64,000 bases of DNA. It comes from an uncultured delta proteobacterium. Its GTDB lineage: Bacteria > Myxococcota_A > UBA9160 > UBA4427. The stretch covers positions 768,001-832,000 of the forward strand of contig CAWGJT010000010.1 in the NCBI GenBank assembly GCA_963822965.1. The letters run 5' to 3'. The position numbers and the translations under genes were made by a program. Positions 39,928 to 52,032 of the stretch are shown one piece after another. Each line of letters opens with the position of its first letter. Within the stretch, counting starts at the first letter, position 1. The notes beneath the pieces were generated by a model. That model saw nothing but the letters and a program-made list of their open reading frames with translations, was not told the DNA's origin and searched no databases.

Positions 39928-40352
39928 GCTGGCCCCAATGCGTCATTCCTCGAGCTTCTCGCGTGCCGCAGAGCCCGTCAGCCCTTGCGGACCGTGCGAG
40001 AACGGCGGAACCCGCCTGAGCGCGACAACCTCATCCCCACGAGGTCCTGGCTTCGGGCTCGCATCGCGGCACGGACTGAGCAAGACGCAGCGATTCGGCC
40101 GGCATCGGGAGTTGCGCCCTGATCCGCATGACGGATCAGCGCTGGCCCCAATGCGTCATTCCTCGAGCTTCTCGCGTGCCGCAGAGCCCGTCAGCCCTTG
40201 CGGACCGTGCGAGAACGGCGGAACCCGCCTGAGCGCGACAACCTCATCCCCACGAGGTCCTGGCTTCGGGCTCGCATCGCGGCACGGACTGAGCAAGACG
40301 CAGCGATTCGGCCGGCATCGGGAGTTGCGCCCTGATCCGCATGACGGATCAG
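39928..40352. repeat. Exact tandem duplication of a structured non-coding element (period 213 bp)
   Basis: 39928-40139 is identical to 40141-40352; ends in hairpin GCCCTGATCCG-CATGA-CGGATCAGGGC followed by TAG (CTAG at 40355-40358). Confidence 0.93.
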
Positions 40353-40394
40353 GGCTAGGCTCGCGCATGCCGACCGCGAGCCGAGGGCCTGCCC

Positions 40395-40898
40395 ATGGGA
40401 CAGCACGAAGAGCGGGTCGAGACCGTTCGCCGCTTCATCGAGGCGAACGCCGAAGCCGAACGCCGGCGCGACTGGACGGTGCTCGGCGAGTTCTACTCGG
40501 AGGACGCGGTCTACTGGTACGACACGGGTGCGGTCGAGACCCGGGCCCACGGACCCGAGGAGATCTGCCGCCTGGTGCTGGTTCGCGATCAGCTCGGCTG
40601 GCTGAACTGGACGTTTCCCTTCGAGGGGTTCGCGGTCCAGGGCGACCAGGCCTTCACGCGCTGGTGGAACCGGGGCCCCGGGCTGCGTCCCGACGGCACG
40701 CCCTGGCAGGTGCCCGGCATGTCGCACCTGCGCTTCGCGCCCGACGGCCGATTCTGCGAGCAGATGGATCTCTTCGATCTCGGAAAGCTCGTGCAGCTGA
40801 TGGACGAGATGCCCCCCGACCTGCTGCTCCCCGTCATGCGCGACCGCCAGCTTCCGGTGATGCGCAAGCTGGTCGCCCAGGCGATCCAGGGGCGGTGA
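40395..40898 (+). CDS. NTF2/SnoaL-like protein
   Basis: FYSEDAVY, HGPEEI, GMSHLRF, QMDLFD. Confidence 0.8.
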   Translation: MGQHEERVETVRRFIEANAEAERRRDWTVLGEFYSEDAVYWYDTGAVETRAHGPEEICRLVLVRDQLGWLNWTFPFEGFAVQGDQAFTRWWNRGPGLRPDGTPWQVPGMSHLRFAPDGRFCEQMDLFDLGKLVQLMDEMPPDLLLPVMRDRQLPVMRKLVAQAIQGR

Positions 40899-40980
40899 CG
40901 ATCGGGCGGCCGGCGCGTCGGGCGAGCTCGTTCCCGCGGCGGGCCGCGCCCACCGGAGCCGGCCTGCTAGCCTGGGTTCC

Positions 40981-42544
40981 ATGACCCACGAGCTGAACCT
41001 CGACGAGATCGCTTCGAAGCTCGAGCTGCGCCAGCTCCGCTCGGAGGACTTCGAGGCCTGGCGCGATCTGGGGCTGCGGTGCTTCCCGGACATGGAGCCC
41101 TGGCTGCGCGAGTGCTTCGAGAGCCAGATCCAGCACTTTCCCGAGGGTCAGCTCTGCATCGAGCTCGACGGCCGGATGGTGGCGTCGGCCAGCTGCCTGA
41201 TCGTGCACTTCGACGACTACCAGGACTGGCACGGCTGGCGCGAGATCGCGGACGACGGCTACATCCGCAACCACGATCCGGAGGGCGACACGCTCTACGG
41301 AATCGAGATCCAGGTGGACCCCGAGATGCGGGGATACCGGCTCTCGCGCCGGCTCTACGACGCGCGCAAGGAGCTGGCGCGCCGCTACAACCTGAAGCGC
41401 ATCATGATCGGCGGCCGCATTCCCGGGTACGGAGCCGTGGCGGACCGGATGACCGCTCGGGAGTACGTCGACCAGGTGATGGCCAAGGCGCTCTACGATC
41501 CGGTGCTGACGGCGCAGCTCGCCAACGGATTCGCGCTGCAGCGCCTCGTCCCCGAGTACCTGCCCATCGACCCGGAGTCGCGGGGCTACGCCACGGCGCT
41601 CGAGTGGCGCAACCTCGACTACCAACCGCGCTCGCGCGAGGTGTCGTTGAGCACCCTCGTGGCGCGGATCAGCCTGGTCCAGTACCAGATGCGGCGGATC
41701 GAGAGCTTCGAGGACTTCGCGCGCCAGTGCGAGTTCTACGTCGACGTGGCCGGGGAGTACGAGTCGGACTTCGTCGTCTTCCCCGAGCTCTTCACCACCC
41801 AGCTGCTCTCGCTGGTGGAGAAGAAGCGACCGGGGCTCGCGGCGCGCGAGCTGGCGGACTTCACGCCCCGCTACCTCGAGCTGATGAGCGAGCTGGCGAT
41901 GCAGTACAACGTCAACGTGGTGGGTGGCTCGCAGTTCGTGATCGAGGACGAGCTGCATCTACAACGTCTCGTTCCTGCTGCGCCGCGACGGCAGCATCGA
42001 GCGCCAGCCCAAGCTGCACATCACGCCGAACGAGCGGCGCTGGTGGGGCATCGAACCGGGCGACGAGCTGCGGGTCTTCGACACCGACCGCGGCAAGGTC
42101 GCGATCCTGATCTGCTACGACGTGGAGTTTCCTGAGCTCGCCCGGGTGGCCGCGGCGCGGGGCGCGGGCATCCTCTTCGTGCCGTTCAACACCAACGATC
42201 GGCTGGGCTACGGGCGCGTGCGCAGCTGCGCCCAGGCCCGTGCCATCGAGAACCAGCTCTACGTGGCGATCGCCGGCTGCGCGGGGAACCTGCCCTTCGT
42301 CGACAACGCAGACATCCACTACTCGCAGTGCGGCATCTTCACGCCTTCGGACGTGGGCTTCGCTCGGGACGGCATCGCCGCCGAGAGCACGCCGAACATC
42401 GAGACGGTGCTCACCCACGAAGTCGACCTGGCGAGGCTCCGCCGCAACCGGCACATGGGCACGGTACGTCCCTTCACCGACCGCCGCCGGGACCTCTACA
42501 GCATCCGCATGCGGCTGCCCGACGGGAGCGAAGAGACGGTCTGA
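40981..42544 (+). CDS. GNAT acetyltransferase fused to carbon-nitrogen hydrolase; frameshift near 41955
   Basis: [15 protein letters not shown]; nitrilase triad motifs [28 protein letters not shown]. Confidence 0.85.
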
Positions 42545-42587
42545 CGGGGCGGCGAAGCGATCCGGCGGGTCGCCACCGAACGGGTGC

Positions 42588-43322
42588 TCAGAGCAGCCCG
42601 CCCGGGGGCGCCGGTCGGGCGCGCTGGTTGTAGAGCATCTTGCGCAGCCGCTCGATGTCCTCGGGCGACAGCTTCGAGGTGTCGACGCTCAGGTCCGAGC
42701 CCGCCGCCATGCCCCGCTGTACGCCGGGGCGCGCGGAGAGCTCCTCGAACCAGCGCTTGAAGTAGGGAAACTCCTCGATGTCCTGCCCCTGGCTCTCCCA
42801 GCCCACCGTCCACGGGTAGGAGATCATGTCGGCGATCGTGTAGGCGTCGCCGGCCAGGTAGCGCCGGTCGTAGAGGCGGTTGTTCATGACGCCGTAGAGA
42901 CGGTTCACCTCGTCGGTGAATCGGCACACGGCGTAGGACTGGTCGCCCTGGGAGTCCTTCAGGCGCCGGAAGTGGCCGCATTCGCCGGTCTTGGGGCCCT
43001 GGTTGGCCATCTGCCAGATGACCCACTGGTTCACCTCGTGGCGGCCGCGCAGGTCCTGGGGGTAGAAGCGGCCGGCCTTCTCGGCGAGGTAGAGCATGAT
43101 GGCGCCCGACTCGAAGAGGGAGAGCGGCGGTCCTCCGTCGGCGGGCTCGTGGTCCACCATGGCAGGCATGCGGTTGTTCGGGCTGATGGCGAGGAACGCG
43201 TCCTTGAACTGGTCCCCCTGGCCGATGCTGCACGGGACGATGCGGTAGGGCAGGCCGCACTCCTCCAGCAGGATCGTCACCTTCTTGCCGTTGGGGGTGG
43301 GCCAGTAGTGGACGTCGATCAT
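42588..43322 (-). CDS. GST-family disulfide oxidoreductase (YfcG/YghU-like)
   Basis: [26 protein letters not shown]. Confidence 0.88.
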   Translation of the reverse strand: MIDVHYWPTPNGKKVTILLEECGLPYRIVPCSIGQGDQFKDAFLAISPNNRMPAMVDHEPADGGPPLSLFESGAIMLYLAEKAGRFYPQDLRGRHEVNQWVIWQMANQGPKTGECGHFRRLKDSQGDQSYAVCRFTDEVNRLYGVMNNRLYDRRYLAGDAYTIADMISYPWTVGWESQGQDIEEFPYFKRWFEELSARPGVQRGMAAGSDLSVDTSKLSPEDIERLRKMLYNQRARPAPPGGLL

Positions 43323-43385
43323 CTCGCCTCCGCTCTCCTCGGTGTCCCTCCGCTCTCGCTCCTCTCCTCCCGGTCGGTCGAAGCG

Positions 43386-44601
<1,216 letters not shown>

Positions 44602-44787
44602 GGGGGCATCCTCGCTTCCGGACGCGAGGTCCGGCGGGTCGCCGCGCGGCGCCCGGTGAAGGTTTTCGGAGGCGCGGTTGTGGAGGGATGTGTAGCGATT
44701 CGCGAGGCCTCGGACGAGTCGCCGGACGAAGCGCTCGACGCGACTGGAGGCGGGTGAGCGTCTAGACTGGATCCGCCGGGGGGTGTT

Positions 44788-46029
44788 TTGCGACATCGCA
44801 GGGCGAGCAGAATGGGCGCGGCGGCGCTCGCCAGCCTCGCGTTCGCGACGGTCGGGTTGCCGGCTGCTGGGGCGGCGGACGAGCCGGCGCCGACCCGGGC
44901 GACGGACGAGACGCCGGACGCCGCCATGCCGCTCCCGGAGGCCGGGCCTCCCGCCGCCGAGGCCGAGCAGCCGCCCGCAGGCCCCGCCGAGTCCGAAGCC
45001 GCCGAGTCCCCTCCGCCGCCGGGGCACTGGGCGCCGCCGCCGCCGAGCGCGAAGGAGTTCGATTGGATGCAGATGAGCTCGGGCGAGTGGCTGAAGGGCG
45101 AGCTCGAGAGGCTGCGGGACTACCGTGTGGTCTTCGACAGCGACGAGTTCGACGAGCTCGAAGTCGATTGGGACGACGTGAACGCCTTCTACCTGCCGCG
45201 GCCCCACAGCTATCGGGTCGCGGGCCGTGTCCTCTTCGGAACGGCGGAGCTGCGGGGGGACGTGCTGCGGATCCGTACGGGCGAGAAGGTGGAGGAGTTC
45301 AAGCGTTCGGATCTCTCCAGCATCGCCCGGGGCGGCGGGCGCGAGCTGGACTACTGGTCGGCCAAGGCGGCCGTGAGCCTCACGGCTCGTCGTGGCAACA
45401 CCAAGCAGGCGGATCTGACCGGATCCAGCCAGGTGCGTCGAGAGACCGCGGTCACGCGCTTCGTGACGCAGTACGCGGGGGCGTTCTCCCGCGTGGGGGG
45501 CAAGAAGCAGGCCAACAACCACCGGGTGAACACGCAGTTCGACGTCTTCCTGACCCGCACCTTCTACCTCACGGCGCCCTTCGGCGAGTTCTACACGGAC
45601 GAATTCCAGAACATCGATGCTCGCGTGACGTCCGGTCTGGGCGTCGGCAACGAGTTCGTCCGCAACGGCACGGTGGAGCTCGACGCCTCGATCGGCGGGG
45701 CGCACCAGTACACGCGTCTCTCAGCGGGCACCCGTCAGAAGCGCGAGAGCCACGACTTCGCCGTGGTGACGGGGGTCAGCCTCGATCTGGACCTCACCTC
45801 GGATATCGAGCTCGACAACAGCTACTCCGTGCAGCTGGTGGTGACGGATTTCGGCAAGACGAACCACCACGCCGAGTCGGTCCTGTCGTTCGACGTGTGG
45901 GGGCCCCTGGACTTCGACGTCTCGGGCATCTGGGATCGCATCGAGGACCCCGCGCCCGACGCGAACGGGGGCGATCGACCGAAGCGCGACGACTTCCGCC
46001 TGCTGGTGGGGGTGTCGCTCGATTTCTGA
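44788..46029 (+). CDS. DUF481-type outer-membrane beta-barrel protein
   Basis: Signal peptide, Pro-rich linker, [14 protein letters not shown], terminal VGVSLDF. Confidence 0.75.
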   Translation: MRHRRASRMGAAALASLAFATVGLPAAGAADEPAPTRATDETPDAAMPLPEAGPPAAEAEQPPAGPAESEAAESPPPPGHWAPPPPSAKEFDWMQMSSGEWLKGELERLRDYRVVFDSDEFDELEVDWDDVNAFYLPRPHSYRVAGRVLFGTAELRGDVLRIRTGEKVEEFKRSDLSSIARGGGRELDYWSAKAAVSLTARRGNTKQADLTGSSQVRRETAVTRFVTQYAGAFSRVGGKKQANNHRVNTQFDVFLTRTFYLTAPFGEFYTDEFQNIDARVTSGLGVGNEFVRNGTVELDASIGGAHQYTRLSAGTRQKRESHDFAVVTGVSLDLDLTSDIELDNSYSVQLVVTDFGKTNHHAESVLSFDVWGPLDFDVSGIWDRIEDPAPDANGGDRPKRDDFRLLVGVSLDF

Positions 46030-46039
46030 GGGCCGCGGC

Positions 46040-47162
46040 TCAGCCCCGCCCGATCGAGGCCAGGGGAACCACCTCGGCGACGGGGGTCTCGATGTCGCCC
46101 TCGGGCAGCATGAATCGCCAGAACACCAGGCCGAAGGGGAGGCCCTCGGTGTCGATCCAGTTCGGCACCCCGGGATCGCGTGCGGCCAGCACCATGCGGA
46201 AGCGGCCGTCGGGCTCGAGCCGGGTCTGGGCGCGGTTCAGCGAGGCCTGCCGATTCGCGTAGTCGTAGGTCTGCTGGTATCGATTCCAGAGGTTGACGTT
46301 GGCGAAGCGGCAGCGGGGCCAGCGGCCCGTGACGACGAGGGCCTGGTCGGGTCCGAGCACGTAGGGCGCCATCGAGTAGGCGGCGTCGAAGGCCGCGAGC
46401 CCGAAGTCGCCGGGGCTCACGGGCTGCGGGAAGACGTTCGGCGCCAGCCCGACGAAGGGCGGCAGCTGCTTGTTCTGCGCCATGGGCGGCTGGTCGAGGG
46501 TGCGGCTCCGCACGAAGGTCGCAGCCCGCCGGATTCCCGCGGCCACGGAAGCGTCGCTGGGGGGCGGCGGGGGGGTCGGCGCGTCCTTCACCTCGATCTC
46601 CAGGGCCGCGTTCCGCGTCGGGTCGGCGGCCGCAGGCACGCACGGTCTCGTAGTAGTGGCGGGTCGTGATCCGCGAGGCGCCGCGCTCCAATGGGAGCCA
46701 GTTGCGGTCCCGGGGCTCGCCGCCGAAGTGGATCTCGAAGTGGCCGGCGGCGTCCACGTCGAAGTCCAGGTCGTTGATGACGCCGCCGGTGCGGCTCGCC
46801 ATCGATCCGTCCTCGGTGTCCATCTCGATGGTGAACGAGACGTAGACCGCTTCGTCCATGCGCCCGCGAACCACGTAGGCGTAGTCGGCGGAGACCGGCG
46901 CGTCCCAGTAGATCGCGTCGGGATTGTCGCCGGTGAACTTGCGGGAGGGGCTCACGATGCGCCGGAAGGTGGGATGGGCGGGGTCGCACTCGAACATGCT
47001 GCCGATGCCGCCCTCGAGCATGTGCATCAGCGCCCGATGCGCGCCGACGATGTCCGTCTCGCTGGCGAGGTTCCATTCGGGACCGGCCCATCGCTCGTCG
47101 ATCTCGCCAAGCAGGTCGATGAGCTCGTGCAGGGCCTTGCGGGATTCCGTCTGGACGCTCAT
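46040..47162 (-). CDS. DUF1214-domain protein; frameshift near 46640
   Basis: GDNPDAIY, DPGVPNWIDTEG, FWRFMLP. Confidence 0.72.
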
Positions 47163-47217
47163 GCGGGCTTCTCCGGGGCGGTGTGGATCGCCAGCATTCG
47201 GCTTCGGGCGGCGTCCG

Positions 47218-47790
47218 TCAACCGCCCGCCAGGGGAAGGCGGGCGAGGGGCGTGTAGCGAGAGCCACCGGGACCGGAATCGCTGCGGTAGAGGACCACGT
47301 GGCGCGCCTGCGTGCGCAGCGGCGCCACGGGCACGTCCAGGGGCGGGCTTCGCAGCGGGCCGCGTCGGGCGCGGCCCAACGTGACGTGCGGGCGGAAGGG
47401 CCGCGCGTCCGGCTCGAAGCCCAGGGGAACGAGGCTCTGGGAGACGCCCGCCGCGAGCGCCTGCAGGGCAGGCTGCTCCGCGATGCCTGCCACGACGACC
47501 CGGGCCCGACGCTTCGAGGGCAGCGCATCGAGCCCCGACAGCTCGTAGGGGAACGGCGGGAGGGCACTCGTCGCGGCGCCGACCGCGTCCGCGACGGCTC
47601 GGGCGCGCCCGGGCTCCAACGCCCCCAGGAAGAGGAGCGTCAGGTGGAGGTTCGCGGCCGGAACCCAGCGGACCCGTTCCGCCCACTCGGACCCTTGTAG
47701 GGAGCGCACCACCCGCGCGAGCTCGTCGCGGGCCTCGGGGGCCAGCGGCAGGGCAAAGAAGCAGCGCAGGGGGGTCTCGTCTCCGTGCAT
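47218..47790 (-). CDS. thpR: RNA 2',3'-cyclic phosphodiesterase (2H family)
   Basis: RCFFAL, NLHLTLLFLG, FRPHVTLGR, SRY. Confidence 0.88.
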   Translation of the reverse strand: MHGDETPLRCFFALPLAPEARDELARVVRSLQGSEWAERVRWVPAANLHLTLLFLGALEPGRARAVADAVGAATSALPPFPYELSGLDALPSKRRARVVVAGIAEQPALQALAAGVSQSLVPLGFEPDARPFRPHVTLGRARRGPLRSPPLDVPVAPLRTQARHVVLYRSDSGPGGSRYTPLARLPLAGG

Positions 47791-47848
47791 CGAGCGCCAA
47801 GGGTGGAGGAAGCGCGGCGGAAGTCGAGGCCGCCTCGTCCACCACCCA

Positions 47849-47878
47849 TTGACACAGACACTGTCACGATCGAATACT
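47849..47878 (+). promoter_or_regulatory. Perfect -35 (TTGACA) overlapped by TGACA-N7-TGTCA inverted repeat
   Basis: TTGACA 47849-47854, TGTCA 47862-47866, weak -10 AATACT 47873-47878, upstream of the LLM gene. Confidence 0.5.
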
Positions 47879-47931
47879 CGGGAGGCGCGCGCCCCGCATC
47901 GGAACCCCGTCCCGTCCCAGGAGGCCCCCCC

Positions 47932-48982
<1,051 letters not shown>

Positions 48983-48998
48983 TCCGCAACCGTCTCCG

Positions 48999-50159
48999 AT
49001 GAACCGGACCGATCGTCCCTATCGCTTCCACGCCTTCGACGTCTCCTACTTCTCGGCGAAGGTGAGGCCGGCGCTGCGCTACAAGCAGCTCTGGTACGAG
49101 GAGCTGCGCGCCGATCTCGGATTGATCCGCGAAAGGACGGGTCTCGGCTTCATCCCCGTGCTGATCACGCCCGAGGACGAGGTCTGGCAGGACTCGACGG
49201 AGATCCTCGATCGGCTGGAGGCGCGACACCCCGAGCCGGCCCTCGTGCCGAGCACGCCGCTCCAGGGCCTGGCCGCGCACCTCGTCGAGCTGTACGTGGA
49301 CGAGTTCTGCACGATTCCGGCCATGCACTATCGCTGGGGGAGCGAGCTGGGGGAGGCCACGGCGCGGGCGCGCTTCAGCGCCATGACCGGCAGCGAGAAG
49401 ATCGGGAACCTGGCGGCCGACCGCATGGTGGCGGGCCGCTTCGCGCTGGGGGCCAGCGACGAGGCGGCGCCGGCGATCGAGGCGCACCTCGACGACCTGC
49501 TCGGCCGGCTGAACGCCCACTTCGAGACCCATCCCTACCTGCTCGGCGACCGCATGTCGGTGGCCGACTGCGCGCTCATGGGTCCCTTCTACGCGCACCT
49601 CTTCGTCGACATCGTGCCCCGTCGCCTCCTGCTCGAGCGCGCGGTTCCGGTCGTGGGATGGATCGAGCGCTGCTCGTTTCCGGGCGCGGACGGGCAGGGA
49701 GAATGGCTCGCCGCGGACCGCCTGGCGACCTCGCTGCGAGACGTCCTGCGGGTGATGGGGAAGGACGCCGCCCCCGTCGTCCGCGACGGACTCGTCGCAT
49801 TCGAAGCGTGGGTGGATGCCTCGGGCGGCGGACCCGGAAAGCTGCCGCGGAGCGTCGGCACCTACGAGACGGTGCTGCGGGGAACGAAGCTCACCCGGAC
49901 CCTCGGCTCCTACCCGGTCTGGATGATCCAGCGCAGCACCGACGCGTACGCGGCCCTCCCCGACGACGCGCGCGCCCGGGTGGACGAGGCCCTGGCGGGC
50001 AGCGGCTGGGAGGAGATCCTCCGGAACCCGCCCCGTCATCGGGTCGAGAAGCGCGGCTTCGATCTGTTCCTGGCCGGATCCGGGTCGGCGGGAGAAGCGA
50101 GCCGGGAGACGGACGAGGACGACGTGGCGCCGAAGAGGCGCCGAGGAGGAGTGAGATGA
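48999..50159 (+). CDS. Glutathione S-transferase family protein
   Basis: SYFSAKVRPALRYK, IPVL, DST, YLLGDRMSVADCALMGP. Confidence 0.8.
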   Translation: MNRTDRPYRFHAFDVSYFSAKVRPALRYKQLWYEELRADLGLIRERTGLGFIPVLITPEDEVWQDSTEILDRLEARHPEPALVPSTPLQGLAAHLVELYVDEFCTIPAMHYRWGSELGEATARARFSAMTGSEKIGNLAADRMVAGRFALGASDEAAPAIEAHLDDLLGRLNAHFETHPYLLGDRMSVADCALMGPFYAHLFVDIVPRRLLLERAVPVVGWIERCSFPGADGQGEWLAADRLATSLRDVLRVMGKDAAPVVRDGLVAFEAWVDASGGGPGKLPRSVGTYETVLRGTKLTRTLGSYPVWMIQRSTDAYAALPDDARARVDEALAGSGWEEILRNPPRHRVEKRGFDLFLAGSGSAGEASRETDEDDVAPKRRRGGVR

Positions 50160-51067
50160 AGATCGGAGTCATGTGCGGCGCGACGGGCGGACCGGATGGG
50201 ACGCTGGACGGCCTGGTGGCGCGCTGCCGCGAGATCGAGCGGCGCGGCTTCGCGAGCGTCTGGATGGCGAACATCTTCGGACTGGACGCCATCGGCTCGC
50301 TGGGCATCGTGGGTCGGGAGACCGGACGCATCGAGCTGGGCACCGCGGTGGTGCCGAGCTATCCGCGACACCCGGTGGCGATGGCCCAGCAGGCGCTCAC
50401 CACCCAGGCGGCCGCGGGCGGCCGCTTCGTGCTGGGGATCGGTCTGTCGCACCGACTCGTGATCGAGGACATGTTCGGCCTGTCGTACGAGAGGCCGGCG
50501 CGGCACATGCGGGAATACCTCGCCGCGCTCGGTCCCCTGCTGCGCCGGGAGCCCGCGCACTTCGACGGCGAGCAGTACCGGGTGCACGCGGGCCTCGACG
50601 TGCCGGGCGCCGAGCCGGTGCCCCTGCTGGTCGCGGCGCTGGGCGACCGGATGCTCGAGCTGGCGGGCAGCGAGACGGACGGAACGATCCTCTGGATGAC
50701 CGGTCCCAAGACGATCGAGAGCCACATCGGCCCGAAGATCCGCCGGGCGGCCGAGGCCGCCGGACGCCCCGCGCCCCGCATCGTGGCGGGGCTTCCGGTC
50801 GTCGTCACCGACGATCCGGACGGGGTGCGGCAGCGCGTCGGAGACGCCCTGACGATCTACGGCACCCTGCCGTCCTACCGGGCGATGCTGGACCGGGAGG
50901 GCGCAGGCGGACCGGCAGACATCGCCCTGGTGGGGAACGAGAAGGCGCTCGATGCCGAGGTGGACCGGCTGCGGGACATCGGGGTGACCGATTTCAACGC
51001 CGCCGTCCTGCCCCTGGAGGAGGGAGCGGACCAGCGCTCGCTCGACTGGCTGCAGAGTCGTCTCTGA
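50156..51067 (+). CDS. LLM-class F420-dependent oxidoreductase (TIGR03564-like)
   Basis: IELGTAVVPSYPRHP, GRFVLGIGLSH, LVAALG, LPSYRAMLDREG. Confidence 0.85.
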   Translation: MKIGVMCGATGGPDGTLDGLVARCREIERRGFASVWMANIFGLDAIGSLGIVGRETGRIELGTAVVPSYPRHPVAMAQQALTTQAAAGGRFVLGIGLSHRLVIEDMFGLSYERPARHMREYLAALGPLLRREPAHFDGEQYRVHAGLDVPGAEPVPLLVAALGDRMLELAGSETDGTILWMTGPKTIESHIGPKIRRAAEAAGRPAPRIVAGLPVVVTDDPDGVRQRVGDALTIYGTLPSYRAMLDREGAGGPADIALVGNEKALDAEVDRLRDIGVTDFNAAVLPLEEGADQRSLDWLQSRL

Positions 51068-51193
51068 GCCGGCGGCCTACGGAAAGCTTGGAAAGGCCCC
51101 AGGGGTCTTGACCGGGGGCCAGATCCGCCGTTGACTCCGGTCTCTGATGGGAGCCGGCACCTCGCTCGGTGCGGTTGGAGGGAGACGGCGGTG

Positions 51194-51547
51194 GTGGAGT
51201 ATCGCTTCGATCCGGAGCGGGCCCTGTTGGTGGTCACCGTGTCGGGCGTGGTCGGCGACACGGACTTCGGGGATGCGAAGTTCCCCGACGTGCCCCCCGG
51301 CACGATCGAGCTGCTCGACCTGTCCGGGGCGGAGCGTACCGACATCTCGTCCGACGAGATCCGGCGCATCGCCCAACGCGACGTCTCCTGGCCCGATCGT
51401 ATCAGCCGGATGGCCATCGTCGCGGCCAGCGACGTGGCCTTCGGTCTCGCGCGCATGTACCAGACCCTGTGCGACGGCATGAACACCGAGGTGGCGATCT
51501 TCCGGAGCCGTCCCGAGGCGGAGGACTGGCTCGGGCTCGCACCCTGA
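51194..51547 (+). CDS. Small STAS/SpoIIAA-like hypothetical protein
   Basis: LLDLS, RMAIVAASDVAFGLARMY, FRSRPEAEDWL. Confidence 0.65.
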   Translation: MEYRFDPERALLVVTVSGVVGDTDFGDAKFPDVPPGTIELLDLSGAERTDISSDEIRRIAQRDVSWPDRISRMAIVAASDVAFGLARMYQTLCDGMNTEVAIFRSRPEAEDWLGLAP

Positions 51548-51579
51548 AGCCGGCATCTGGCCGCGCAGGCGTGCGCGGC

Positions 51580-52032
51580 TCAGTCGTCGTCGCCGTACCG
51601 TTCGCCCGCCGGATGGGCGCCCGGCTCCGCACCGGGGGGCAGCCCGGGGTAGCGGGGAAGGTCGTCGCGGATCTCGTACCAGCTGGCCTTGGACTCGACG
51701 TTCACGTGCATGGCCGGGTGGATGCCGCGGTCGTCGTCCAGCGTCCCGACCACCAGGGACGTGAGCCGGGGCACGGCCTCCCCGCGATTGTAGAGCCGGC
51801 TTCCGCAGCGGGTGCAGAAGGCCCGCCAGCCGACGCCCGGCGTATGGACCTCGCGGATCGCGTCGCCTCCCTCGAAGTGCAGGTCGCTGCTCGCGACCAT
51901 CGCCAGCGTGACGAACGGGCCGCCGTGGGCCCGGCGGCAGTAGCGGCAGTGGCAGTTGAGCACGAATCCGATCTCGCCCTCGAGCCGGTAGCGAACCGCG
52001 CCGCAGAGGCAGCCGCCGCTACGTGAAGGCAC
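51580..52032 (-). CDS. GFA/CENP-V family Zn protein
   Basis: GGCLCGAVRY, CHCRYCRR, FCTRCGS. Confidence 0.9.
   Translation of the reverse strand: MPSRSGGCLCGAVRYRLEGEIGFVLNCHCRYCRRAHGGPFVTLAMVASSDLHFEGGDAIREVHTPGVGWRAFCTRCGSRLYNRGEAVPRLTSLVVGTLDDDRGIHPAMHVNVESKASWYEIRDDLPRYPGLPPGAEPGAHPAGERYGDDD

Noticed and set aside
39928..40352. Identification as 6S RNA, SRP RNA, cobalamin/glycine riboswitch, hammerhead ribozyme or group II intron domain V
   Set aside because: Diagnostic conserved motifs were not found by eye (only a weak AGCCAGG resemblance); needs an Rfam search
39938..40984. 348-aa ORF with a 71-aa internal repeat
   Set aside because: By-product of the 213-bp (multiple of 3) duplication; no protein-like motifs, and it overlaps the real SnoaL gene out of frame
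47218..47790. RNA repair or anti-CBASS module around the 2H phosphoesterase
   Set aside because: Ordinary ThpR-like gene with no rtcB, ligase or CBASS neighbours
51093..51110. Intrinsic terminator AAGGCCC-CAG-GGGTCTT
   Set aside because: Short stem and no real U-tract; insufficient support
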